DNA from: Perkinsus olseni
Taxonomy: Eukaryota
Direction: 5' to 3'
DNA length: 64,000 nucleotides
Assembly (NCBI GenBank): GCA_013115125.1
Contig: JABANN010000035.1
Coordinates: 1 to 64,000, forward strand
How positions within the stretch are numbered: position 1 is the stretch's first letter; each line of letters opens with the position of its first letter. Below the pieces are notes generated by a model that searched no databases, was not told the DNA's origin, and saw nothing but the letters and a program-made list of their open reading frames with translations. Positions 24,769 to 36,857 of this stretch are shown piece after piece. A program made the translations under genes and the position numbers.

Positions 24769-27700
24769 ATGTCGGCTGTTGTTGACAACACTCCCCTCAG
24801 TGTCAATCGACGGGCCTCCAATACCACCGTCTACTACTACGACGACCAGAAGAAGGTCGGCTCCCAATGCTCGGGGTCCCTCTACCCACCCCCGAAACCC
24901 CCTTCGGGTCACGTCGCTGGCCTTACTGGTCACCATTCGACCCCTTCCAATGCCTCTGCTGCTGTGTCGGAGCATCTCCTCCACGGAGGTCAGTGCCCCT
25001 ACCCACCTCCTTCCGGGGGATACTGCCGCCTCTCAGGGTCAAGTACCATGCCTGGCACGCCTCACCTGGCTGCCAGCAGCAGCAACAGTAGTTGCATAAG
25101 CCCTTGCGTGCAGGCCTCTCAGCTGCCTCAAGGCTCGACTGTGGAGTACTATAGCCAATCCCTAGGTAGGCACGTCGGCCGCCACCTCCCTCACCTCCTC
25201 GTCAGGTCGTTGGATCCCCGCCAAGGTCATGTCGGTGATCCCTCCAGACGACCCCCGAGCTGGTGGAAGTAAGGTCGGCCTCGTTCACTTAGACTGCAAG
25301 CCCATGGCCAGGGTTGAACAGGTGACCATGGCCGCGGTTCGTCGGCCTCGGCATCTTTCGACAGGTCCGCTACGCTGGTCCCCCAGCGGGCATGCCTCTC
25401 TACTCTAGCGGCCCAGCCTCAGCCCCTACTCCCAACTTTATCGACGTCCCGGCGGCCTTCTCGATGTTCAACTCCCCTCCGCCTTCCTTCATCCCTGGGG
25501 GGCCATCAGTCGGCCCGCCTACTGTCAGGGTCATGCGCAGCTCTACAACTACTATTCCAACTGCAGACCGACGCTCCTCGTACATTACCAAAACCACCAG
25601 CAGGGGCTTCCAGAACCCCGGCAAGGCTGTTCAATTGTAGCCCGCAAGGCCAGTGGATACCCCCTCACACTAGTTGTTCCTCAGAATCTCGGCCAGTGGT
25701 GACAAGCTCGTCGTGAATTCTGAGGCACTCGATCTTCTAGAGGCCCTGGGACACGACAAGCAAGTGAGCGTCGTGACAGTAGTGGGCATGTATCGCAGTG
25801 GGAAGAGCTACTTGCTCAACAGACTCGTCAGAGGTAGCCAGAGAATCTCCTCTTTGTGGCATCCTTTCCACAGGTCCGGATGGCGCCGCTTCGACTGAGG
25901 GGCCACAGAAGGAGAATAAGCTCATTAATAAGCTGTTGAAGTTCGGCCGCAAGAAGGCCGACGCCGCCCATCGCCCCCCACCAGTGGTCTTCGAGACGGG
26001 CAACGAGGTCAATGCCTGCACCAAGGGCATATGGATGTACATCTGCGAGGAGGAGCTTGACGATAAAGTTGTTATCTTCCTTGACTGTGAAGGCCTCGGC
26101 TCTACCGGTCGGGATAAGACCTATGATACCAAGCTGATGGCGATGGCCCTGTTGATGAGCAGCGTCTTCATCTACAACTCCAAGGTGGGAAGGTTTGCGG
26201 GCTGTGGACGACTTGAATGTTCTTGTTAGGGCTGTCTCGATGAGACAGCGTTCAATGGCCTCTCGCTTGTATGCGAGCATGCCAAGCAGCTTATCCGAGA
26301 GTTCAACACTGAGTTCGGCGGAACTGCACCGGGAGGAGTCCTCTCTACCTCCTTCCTTTGGGTCCTGAGGGACTTCGTACTGGCATTGGAGAACGAAAGT
26401 GAGTTGAACGTGGGCCGTATAGTTCCTGGTGTAACGGTTATGATGCTGGTTTATCGTCTTCACGACCTGGGATCGATCCTCTGACAGTCCACGTTTCTCG
26501 TTTTCAGACGGGGAGTCGATCACTTCGTCGGAGTATCTTGAGAGCGCATTGCGGTCGAGAGCGAACAAAGATATCTCCAAGACAATCCTCGAATGCTTCA
26601 TGTACCGGGACTGTGACACATTGGTAAGGACGAGATCCGCGGCTCGAGGCTGACGAGTTGACGGCAGGTCCAGCCCACGATAGACGAGGGCAATCTGCAG
26701 AAGTTGGATACCATTCCTGATGCCAAGCTGAGGAAAGAGTTCATCACCCAAGTTCAATCGCTGTGCGGTAAAATATGGACCATGGCTGGGTCAAGGCCGG
26801 TGACCATCAATAAGCATGGCGGAGGCACTCCCCTCACGCCAGCAGCTTTAGCGGCGTATGTTAGGAAGGTGGGCATTATCAGGGGAGGGAGGGGGCACCA
26901 CAGGTTGCCGCTTTCCAGCTGGGGGAGCATCTGTCCAGTTCTTCCACTCTGGCGGGGTTCAGCCTCCCTTCGACCTGGGTCCAAGTTCAGCATGAAGCAC
27001 TCGCTTCTTTGATCGATAGTAAGCTTATGGTCTTCGGTGAGAGTCGAGTAGTTGCTGAATGGTAGCGCTGAGCCTGGCTCATGGGGACGAGGTTGACGGG
27101 ATGGTCGCGGAGCTGCCACTGGCAACGCGTGAGTTGGACGACAGGCTGGCAGCAGCGATGAGGAGAGTGGAGATTGAGTACAGGAGGAAGGCATTGGGTA
27201 AGGGGGAGGGCAGCATCTTCCATTTCGGCGTCATCATTCGACTGCTTTTAGGAGATGAGACTGATCAGCTTTACCAGCAGTACCTTGATGAGCTTATGCA
27301 GATGGCCAAAGCCCAAGAAGGGAGGGTCTATCCGCTCAACGACGACAAGTAGGGCGGGCTGCTATTCGATTGGTCATGGCTCTCCGACAGGGCCCGAAGC
27401 TCTGTTGAGGAGGTGGCGATGAGGCTTCTGGAGGAGGTCATGCCGGATTTGGTCCCGGGATGGTCGGAAGAGGATCTCGAGATGGTCCTGTCGGAGTCGG
27501 CTAAGCTCCTGACGGAGAAGTTACGGTGGATATTGGAGGAGATCATGACGACAACTCGAGGACCGAGAGGAGCGCGGCTTATGGTTGCGGCTCAGAAGGT
27601 CGGCCGCCCTGCCACTGAGTTCATTCGGTGATACCACTCCTTCCTCAGATCATCGAGATAAGTGGCCTGTTCGTGACTGAGTTGGATAGAAAGGCCGAGG

Positions 27701-28786
27701 GCATCTCGAACGATGAGCGAATCACCCGGCATCAGAGAAACGAGGCACTTGCTGGAATCGACAAGCTGAAGAAGACCGCCTTGACGGTAGGACCTTCCGG
27801 TCAGGTAGGGGTGACAGCTGGCAGTGCCCATCCTCAGGACCTGACGGCCAAGGTAGCAGAGCTGGAAGAGGAGTTGGCTAGGAGGGACAGGAGAGAGAGG
27901 GAGCTGCTGGAGCGGGTTGAAGGCAGGGAGACTGAGATCGAGAAGATGGCTGATAGTGTCAGAAGTCAGTTGGTTGTGGCGGCTGCTTCCGCGTGGGGGT
28001 AAGGAGAATGGAATCTTTGCTGCGCGGCAGATACGATGACCGAGAGGGAGTCTCAGTTGAATGAGAACTGGGAGGGCAAAGTTGAGGATTTGGAAAGGCA
28101 GGTGGAGCAGCTCGTTAGAGAAAAGAAGGAGTTGGAGGATGCTCTGGCTAATACTGAGGAGAGGGCTAAGGAGGCTCATGATGGACAGGTGACCGCCATG
28201 CAGATGACCCGGGTTCGATTCTCGGGAGCACCATTTTATAGGTTGACTTCGAATCTACGAAGAACAACGAGATCGACATGCTGACTGAGACTCTGATCGA
28301 CAAGACCGGGTATTTCTCGAGGCCCCCCACCTCAGTCTCTTGCCAGTTTCAACTTCAGAGAGATCGCGCGCCTGAACGAGGAGTTGGAGAAGGCCCAAGC
28401 AGACCTCGACAACGCTGAGGCTGCCGCAAAGGAAGCCGAGCTCGCCGTCTTCACAGCCACTCGGGACATGGCCGCTGATCATGACAAGAACATCACCGAG
28501 TGGAGAGACAGAGTGGAGCAGTTGCAGTCGGAGAACGCGGAGGTGCAGGCGAGGCTTCGAGAGGAGGTGGAGGGCCGGGAGAAGGCTATTAGGGTGGTGT
28601 ATGAGGAGAAGGCAGCAGCAACAGAGGTAGGAGGGGGGCGTGGGGAGGTGAGGCGATTGGGAGGGCGTTCAGGCGGCACATGAGGCCATGACGAAGTTGA
28701 GGGAAGAAATCAAGGAGCTGAAGGACAGAGTCGCCAGAGGCGGAGGACCACGGTCCAAGCGCAAATGCTTGCCGTTCTGCCGATAA
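24769..28786 (+). CDS. Guanylate-binding protein (GBP/atlastin-type large GTPase) with N-terminal Tudor/SH3-like module and long C-terminal coiled coil
   Basis: VVNSEALDLL, VVTVVGMYRSGKSYLLNRL (G1), ACTKGIWMY (G2), IFLDCEGLG (G3), MALLMSSVFIYNS, FLWVLRDF (G4); E/K/R-rich heptads; ends KRKCLPFCR*. Confidence 0.92.
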
Positions 28787-29110
28787 TTGAATTAGTATCT
28801 TGACGTTGAGCATGCAAGATACAAAATAGGTTGTAGTTGATAACAAGTTGTGATAGTAGGGTGAAGTTTATTATTCGTATAAGGGTGTTGTCTAGAAGAT
28901 TCAATCGTTATCAACTGCCATCTGAGCTCACCGTCAGCGGTTTGTAATATCATGCATGCAATAATCCAATACCACACCATCCGATCATCACAATCAGTCG
29001 TCTCGTCATTATCATCATCATCATGCTCATTACAGTGCCTTTCTAGCTATCCACCATTTATGCTTGAGTTCAGTCCACTCACGTTGTAAGTCTTACTATT
29101 ACCATCTGCG

Positions 29111-31333
29111 ATGCTCCAACGGCCTCGGTTGCTCAGTCACTTGGTACGGCTGTCCTTGGGGAGAGAGTGTCGAGCTAGGGTACTCTCTTACACTGCCAGT
29201 TACTCCTCGCAGCCGCTGCGTTCTGTTTTACCCTCTCCACTGCAACTTCTCCTGGCGGGTGAGTTACCTGTAACCTTTTTGGTGTGACTTGCTGGTCTAT
29301 CGGTAGGACGCCATTGCCGGATGTCGATGACCTCGAGTTCGTTTCCTTGCACGGGTATTTCTCCTTCCCGCTGAGTGACTCTCGTAGTGGTCAGAGTTAT
29401 CTCGGCACGACCGCGCCGCTGGTTCACCCAGGTGAGCCGTCGTCAAGGACTCCGATCTCTCGCTAGACCAGGGCCACGCCCTCAAGACTTCTAACCCCTC
29501 ACCGCGCTTCTCTCGCGCGTGTCCCTTCCACCTTGGTTCCAGTCGAGTACCCTTGCAGCAGGTACGGCTGATGTGTACGGTAGTGTCCTGCAACTCTACA
29601 GTAAAGTCGAAGATCGATTCATCCGAGTCGTAGTCGATACAAAAAGGCTTCTAGAAGATCATCTCAGTGGAAAAACCTGTGAGAATGGGTGGTATCTTTT
29701 TTCCGCTGCTGCTCAGCTTCAACCTCTACTGGATCCGTGGGCGTATCCAAGACAACGAGGGTGCCAGCGTCGATGCTGTCCGTCAGGCGTGCTGAACCCT
29801 TCGAGACGATACTATCGTGCTGTCGCCGAGACCAAGATTCTCGGCTTCGCAAATCCTCCCTGGGATGAGCCGTGGGACTCCAGTAACCCCACGGGGGAGC
29901 CTGTCGAGATGACCATGCAGAACGATGATCTCTCGGAGTGCCGTATGGATGTGGGAGAGATCTCGACTCAGTTCCACGACCCGGCCAGCGATCAACAGGG
30001 ACTCTCGTGGATAGCAACAGGAGGTCGGCTACGGCGTTGGGGTCGCTCTAGGGGCAGCTGTTCTCAGATGATCTGGTCGCGGTGTCACCGGAGTCCCTGC
30101 TAGAAGTACTTGATTTGTCCTTGCCACGGGGGTGAAGTGTGTATCTTGCAGGTCACCTCGGTGGAGGAAGATGATTATGATGATGATCAGGATGACCATG
30201 ATGATGGTGGCGAGGAAATGCAATCGGGCGGGGATGACGAGTCTCGAGAGGAGGGAGGGGGAGGGGATGACGAGTTGGAAAAGGAGGATGATCGTGGTGA
30301 CGAGTTGCGGGAGGAGGAAGAGGACGGCGAGTCGATGAAGCAAAGAAGCAGTGGGTCGGGGGAGCAGGAACGTGATTCGTCGAAGAAAACGGTGAGTGGA
30401 TAGAATTTCTTCTCTACTCGCATAGAGTTGCCATCCTTCGCAGTTGGCGACGGGCGTATCTGAGGTTGATACTGAGATGAGCCAAGTTGGCGAGAGAAGA
30501 TACGCCGAAGGGAAGTTAGCGACCCTCATGGCCTTGGCTTAGTAATAGTCCAATGAGTACCGTTGGCAGTAATCCTCGTTCGTGATCAGCGCTATGCAGG
30601 AGAGTGCCCGGCTAAGGGTGGGCTCTGCTGTCCTGTACTTCACGTAAGCTCAATGCTCGTCTGTCTGATTCGTTGCTTCGTTCCTTCGCCCATGGGGATA
30701 CCTGAGAAACCTTAAATCAACCGTAAGATTGCTGTTCGGGGAAGCATGCTGGACAGGCAATAGCTGCTCATAGTTGCTTCGCTCGTTCCTTGGAACGGAG
30801 GTCGCGATCGGCATGAATGGAAAATGGCCGGCAGTTGTCTCCATGAGTGGGAGACTACCTCTTAACATCAGTACGCTGCTTCCTAGGTACCTCCTCTACC
30901 TGGAGGATATTATACCGATCATCGATGAGCGGTCGGAGATGCTGCAGAAGAATCTTGACGATGCGTGGAAGGAGCTCAAAGATTCCTCCGAGAATGTAAC
31001 CGTGACAGGGGGCGATCGGATGGATGTCGGCTTCGGCAGGTTGCTTATCCTCTCATCAATAGACTCGAGAAGGAGTTCAGTAAAGTGGCGGAGGAGATTA
31101 AGTCGAAGCCCGGCCCCTCGGTACGGCCGGTGTTCATTCGATAGAGTTGGAGCCTTCCCTTACAGGAGGTGTTTCCATTGACCGATTTACGGGTGAAAGT
31201 GATGGGAGGTGGCGGTGAAGGAGGGGGTGATGGCGGGCAGCCGGACGTGAGGGAAGGAGGAGAATCTGATGGAATAACCGCAAACGAGGGAGAGGAAGAT
31301 GCTGATTGGAATGAGGAGACGGAGCAGGAGTAA
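29111..31333 (+). CDS. Hypothetical multi-exon protein with two acidic/Gly-rich tracts; start uncertain
   Basis: Successive plus-strand coding-like frames with GT-AG breaks; EEDDYDDDQDDHDD tract (30160-30400); ends ADWNEETEQE*. Confidence 0.45.
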
Positions 31334-32455
31334 TGATAATGATCATGCTCAGCATCATTATTCCTCTGTGGAACATATTCTTTGTTGATCGCATGGCAGC
31401 ACTGTCTTCTATTCATTTGCGATCTGCGTTTAAAGTAAGACGAACAGCAAACAGTAGAAGTCACCAACCCGGCCCGCGATCGTGTTGCTAGAAACCTTAG
31501 TAGTGTAACAACATCAAGCCAGCCAGCAGACCTTGCCTATGGAGAAGGCAATTTAGCCTCAGCGTAGACTCACTTTAAAGAACGCCCCAGCGAGGACGGA
31601 GAACCCTCTGCAGCCTCATCACTCGAGCCACTCTGGTCGTGACTACCAACCGACATGGAACGCGAGAACTTCTACGCGTCAGTCGAGTTGCCTAAGAAAT
31701 ACTCGTTTATGATTCTGGTCTATTTCACGCTGAGATATCTCTTCTTTTGAATCGATGAGGCTTCGCAGTATCGAGCTTGCCAAGTAGCCCCCGTATTGGT
31801 GTCGGTGGTGTGAGGTGAGACCGTTTCTACCATTGGCATGCCTTGGTGGTAAAACTCTCCGCCGTGGAAGAATGTATCCAAGCGTAGCTGATTCTAGCCT
31901 CGCTTGGATGAGTGCTCACTGAGTACTACTCAGTCGTCACACCGTCAGTTAAACGGAGAGCTGCTCTCCCCGTGGCGATGGGATGCGACTCCTTCAAGGC
32001 AGGATCACGGATTGGGCGCCCACAGCACGTGCTGACTTCTTCAAGTCGGTTTGATGTCACTCTAACCATGTCCTCTTTTTCCGGGCGTACCTCTTGCTAC
32101 CGCATACCCTCGGTTGCCCGTGAATCAGGCGTCGAGTCGTGAGTTTCGAACGGTTTCGAAAAGATACAGCGTAAATGTTTGATGATGACGCCGTCATATT
32201 ATGAAAACACGCCGATAAAGTGTAAAGTGACCGCCAGACAGCCGGCTGCCCCCTTCCGGCGCCACGATAGACTTAGATCTCATGTTTTATAGTAACAACT
32301 ACGTTCAGTGCTGCTGCCTGCCCACCTTGCTCTAAGAGCAATGCTCTTTGTGCGCCTTGTGGTGCCGTACCCCGACTGGCATGCCAACCACGCTACGTAC
32401 GGCCCCATTCCCGAGTTCCTTATAGCTTCTACCAGACGCACTCATTCTCTCGAAT

Positions 32456-33428
32456 ATGAAATTCATCCTAACTTGGTTGATGGCCGCTCGAATTCTGCTC
32501 CTCGTGAGGGCTCAGTATTACGGCAGGTTCAAACGCTCCTCCTCTAACTTCAGTCTGACCTATGATTTGTACGATGGGAATACTGTGGCTATGGTGTTCA
32601 CCCGGGCTGGTCAGTCCTTCGCTACCTGGACCTCTCCCTTCTATGGTTTCGATTCAACTTTCTTCGTTGACACCGTACCCGAAGATACGATCCGTTGATA
32701 TGATGGTATCGGGAGACTCTCCCCTGATGGCCGTCTGGGAGGGAATGATTTGAGGTCTATGACGTTCGACGACGTTGACCCTCTGCGCGCCGACTTCCAA
32801 GGGCAAGAGCTCGAGTTCACCCCGGTCGGTCAAAATCCAAGGAAGCGCGTGCGACAGGGAAGCAAAAGCAACAGAAAAAACCCTGAATTGCGAGTTAAGG
32901 CGGAAACGGGAAACCAGAAACCCCTCCCGAAACCCGACAGGGCAAACCGATCCCGGAACTGTTACCCAGGGCCACCAGGAACCCGAACTGTTGCCCAGGT
33001 AATGCAAATCCCTGGAAACGCTTCCTTGGATTTTGTACTTCTCCCTTGGACTTTGGGAATTACCCGGTGGGGTTCGAGTATGTTGCAGGTCTGTACGAAG
33101 GTGTCGATCCCTTGGCTCCTTATCTGAAGATACTTGTCGAGGTGTTCCGAAACGGGAACTGGATATACGGGTCGTGTGCCACGACAATGCTGCCCCCTTC
33201 TCGGTCTTCTTCTCGGTACAGAATAATGACCCTTACCTGCACTTCGCTTTACAACCGACTCGGTCCAGCTCCCAGGGTCAGCTTCTCAGCCAAGTGAGGG
33301 AAGTGTGTCCCGACAAGGATGTGGAGGATGACGACTCCGCCACGGTAACTTTCGCTACTCCGCGCCTCATCTACCTCACGCTTGGAAATGGCTCCATCGC
33401 AATCCCGCGGTTCTTCACGCAGGGATAA
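32456..33428 (+). pseudogene. Disrupted member of a lineage-specific two-domain secreted protein family
   Basis: Signal peptide, AQYYGRF..., in-frame TGA at 32696-32698, 236-bp insertion, frameshift near 33155; aligns by eye with the 43445 copy (FQGQELEF vs FQGEQLEF; CP..D..T..FA...I..TLG). Confidence 0.75.
32827..33062. mobile_element. 236-bp non-autonomous MITE-like insertion
   Basis: Flanked by direct repeat CCCGGT (32821-32826 and 33063-33068); perfect 17-bp inverted repeat CAAAATCCAAGGAAGCG (32831-32847) / 33019-33035; removal restores ELEFTPVGFEYVAG. Confidence 0.75.
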
Positions 33429-34220
33429 ATTCCGGTGATAGTATTACCTAGACCCTAGGCAGCCTTGCTGTCGTCCACTCTCGCACCCATCGAAGCGGTC
33501 CTCCGGGAGAACGAAGCGAGTTTGGGTCTCGTTCTTTCTGTAAGTCTGTCTCGCATTGTGATGACATAGCAAGCGTGAAGTTTTCCTGCCAATTCTATTA
33601 TTAAGGCAGGTTCCATCATGATGGATTTAATTATTTCGGGTGTTCTCTGTAGCACCATCTCACATGGTTCTTTTTCGCTGATTGTTAACACAATTTCTCT
33701 GGTGGTGTGTACTTTGCGTTCCGCAAGTTCCAACAGTCCTTCGCGTAATATCTCAGCTACGGGACTGGCAAGATCCTTGATCCAGCGATCTGCTCTCGAG
33801 GATTCGGTGACGGGAATCTAGTCAGTGTGACGGCCCATTAAAGACTGTGTCCGATGGCATTCCGGGGCAGGCTCGTTGCCATCAGTGCGGCCACCTGTAG
33901 GTACTCAGTGGAAAAACGAAGAAATCTGTTCGCGCGACCCCTGGTTACCTTTTAGTTCGGTCGTACTACGGAGGCTACTCAAATTGATTTCTACCTGCCG
34001 GTCGAAGGCTATTCAGTAACTCAATAAGCCATTTTGTGTCGTTGTGATAAATTATGGGCGGCTGAAGGTCTCATCATTCACAGCTTTTTCCTTCCGGGAT
34101 TTCGCCGAAATCTCGAAAATCTCTCCGAAATTTCGCTTCTCGGAGAGAGAGAATGGGAGCATTCTGTGATGGGTGGTATCCAACTGAACTAACCCAACAC
34201 CATGATTCTATTGATAAGTA

Positions 34221-34729
34221 TCACCGCCTTCCTAAAGCATACTGGTCTTCCGTCACAACATTGGACACATTCCTCCGTACCTAACAAATGCCATCATCCC
34301 CATCATCCAGCATCGTGCTCCCTACGTGAGGTGGCATCATCAACACTTCCTGCTGCGGCTGCTGCTGCTGCTGCTGAGGAGCAGCAGGCTGTGCGCTCCT
34401 CGTCCCCTCAGTGACGAGTCTACCCTCGAACAGATCATCAACGCTCGGAAGCTTCACTCCTCCTTCATCGTTAGCAGCCCCCTCTTGCTGCATCTTCTTT
34501 GCGACCGCCACACTCGTCCCTGAACGCGCGACAGTGCCAAGTCGAGCGTAGTGGACTTCCGACCAGAAGAGGTTATCCTTTTCAATTTCCCTGCCTCTTC
34601 TTCGTCTCCTCGAGATGACCGGCCTCTCTTGGCTCCCTGGCTGGCCTGCTGGACAGCCTCCGTCTCGGAGTCAGAGGAATCATAATCACCGAGCCCTAGC
34701 CCAGTAGTAGAGCCCTCCTGCCCACTCAT
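34221..34729 (-). CDS. Small conserved-looking hypothetical protein
   Basis: Spliced: MSGQEGSTTGLGLGDYDSSDSE...KLPSVDDLFEG...LMMPPHVRRNVSNVVTEDQYALGRR*; GLGDYDSS, LPSVDDLF and PP-x-R-NVVTED resemble motifs of small eukaryotic nuclear proteins (family not assignable). Confidence 0.6.
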
Positions 34730-34819
34730 AGTGCAACTGAAGGTCCCCGGTTCGATCCCAACACTCGTCACTTCGATACAACAGTAACGACCCCTTGAAA
34801 ATGAATGATATTATATAAG

Positions 34820-35894
34820 CTACACTGCAGGTTCCTCGGTGGCTTTCGGAGCAGCCACCGGCCTCGGCGCTACCCCAAGAGCCTTCAGTAGATCTTTGAA
34901 ATGAATGGTCCTCTGCGTCGCTGAATTCTGCGGAGCCGCGGTCTGAGCCTTGGCTTGCTGCTGCTGTTCCTGTTGGCGGATTTCCCGAGCCAGCTCAGCC
35001 GCCTCCTCATCACTGAGCCTGAGTCAGCTCACTACCCCAGGTTCCGATGAGCCCCCCGTATTACTTTTCCCCCATCGCCTTCAACATGTACAGGAGATCG
35101 TCGATCGGCATGGTGTCGTCTCCTTCTTCATTCATCCTCCTGATTTCTCCCGAGGATTTGCCACCGAAGAAGAAGCGGGTTCCATCCTACACGAAGGAAT
35201 CATAGGTTGAAGCTGGTTTGATACACAATTACGCGGAGACCCTCGAGCTGAGCCGCCGTCGCCGAGCTTTGAATGGACTCATGCTCAGCCCGAGACACTT
35301 GACGCAAGAAAGTCTCCTCCGAAATCTGATCGTAAGGATCCATATCGCGGCTCGGCCGAAGGCTACTACGGACCTTCCCGGTTTCCTGAGGATCAGCGTC
35401 CACAATCATTTGCTGCAGAGTGGCAGCAGGGCAGTTATAACCCAGAGATCGCAGCACAGTCGATAGCTCGTCCACAGGGATCTCTAGATAAACATGAGTA
35501 GCCGAAAAGGTGGTATGAGAGTACGCTCTAGGCCCACGTGATGATCCTGGGGCCCTCGAGTAACGAAAGACTCCTGTTTTGAACAGGGGCGAACCTCACC
35601 AAACAATTGGTACGACAATATATAATTGATGGTCCTCAACCATTTCCGAAATCCCACACTCTCGATGAGCGTGCCCATCGAAACCGTCCAAGAGAATCAG
35701 CACTCCCCCTCCTGGGCCAGAGTTAACTCCCCTGTGAGGTTTCCTCTCTACGCCATCCGACAACTCCATGGGCTGCACACCATCCTCTTCCTCCTCCTTC
35801 CACTATTACCTCCCTCAGACTCCCTGTCAAACATCGAGAAGGCTTCTTTAGCCTCGGCGATTTGATCAGACGATAAATGTCCGGCAATTGACAT
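34820..35894 (-). CDS. Divergent calmodulin/myosin-light-chain-like EF-hand protein
   Basis: LSSDQIAEAKEAFSMFDRESEG|EIPVDELSTVLRSLGYNCPAATLQQMIVDADPQETGK|ISEETFL...GEK..LSDEEAAEL...TIHFKDLLKAL. Confidence 0.8.
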
Positions 35895-36857
35895 TTGTAA
35901 CTACTAATACCATTATTAAGATAATACCAACACAACCTCAAGAGGATGAAATGAACAACAAAGTTATTAACGATTATGAGCGCAGCACTCATCGCCGAGC
36001 TTCCATGTATCCGGTAAATCGGTAAATTGGCCAGCCACTTACTCAAAACCTCAACCATTCAGTGATCCGCTGCACACGCCAGTGTCGGTGACTGAGCGTT
36101 GCCTGGGGCCCTGAGACGTCGGATGAGGCCAGTCACTACCCCCGTTTTAGCCTCACATGTAAGTATTCTAAATGGCCAGTCAGTCATCATCAGTGACTTC
36201 ACACGAGACGACAATTCGGATTTACTTTGATCTTTATCATTAGGACTCGAGCCCTCGTTAGAAAGCAAGGATTCTCGAGACCACAAGAGTCTTGCGACAA
36301 GACTGTGGTATCGTCGCCGTGGTGGTTTCTCTGTCGACGGCGAGACATCCAATGACGATGATCTTTCCCACTATGACCGTTCATAAATTTTATTGTTGTA
36401 CTGAGGTGAACTATCCTGACGCAAGATGGAAGTAATATGTTCAACTTCGATGAAGCTGATCGTGGCGTTGCGTCCGGTTTAAGCTGGACTACCCCGTTAG
36501 GAGGCACAAAGAGAACGCCGAAAAAAGTGGCCCCCATTCTCAGAAAGAAGACATAACATCGGTATCGTTACGACCTTTACACCGCAATCAGACAGCGGGC
36601 GACCGAACAAGATGATACCATCCAGCGCATATCGGAAAAAAGACATATGATAATACCTGACCTCGGCAATATCAGCCGAAGACATTCCGCAGCATAGAAA
36701 GATGAAGAAAGAAAGAGTCGAAGAAATGATGATAAATTGTTATTATAAATTATTGATAATTATGCTTATAGGCTATAAGCTATTATCTATAAGTTATAGC
36801 CGAACGTTTCTTTCCCTTCGGTTCGGAGATCGGAATCTCATGATGGCATATCAAGGT

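Noticed and set aside
32696-32698. TGA at a position where the paralogue has Trp (possible UGA recoding)
   Set aside because: The same gene has an insertion and a frameshift, conserved genes here use TGG for Trp, and TGA serves as a normal stop; a TGG-to-TGA mutation suffices
33455-33860. Minus-strand open segment as a retroelement gag remnant
   Set aside because: No zinc knuckle or other diagnostic motif
36735-36801. AT-rich tract with the short palindrome GCTTATAG-G-CTATAAGC
   Set aside because: Low-complexity sequence; too short to support a specific element
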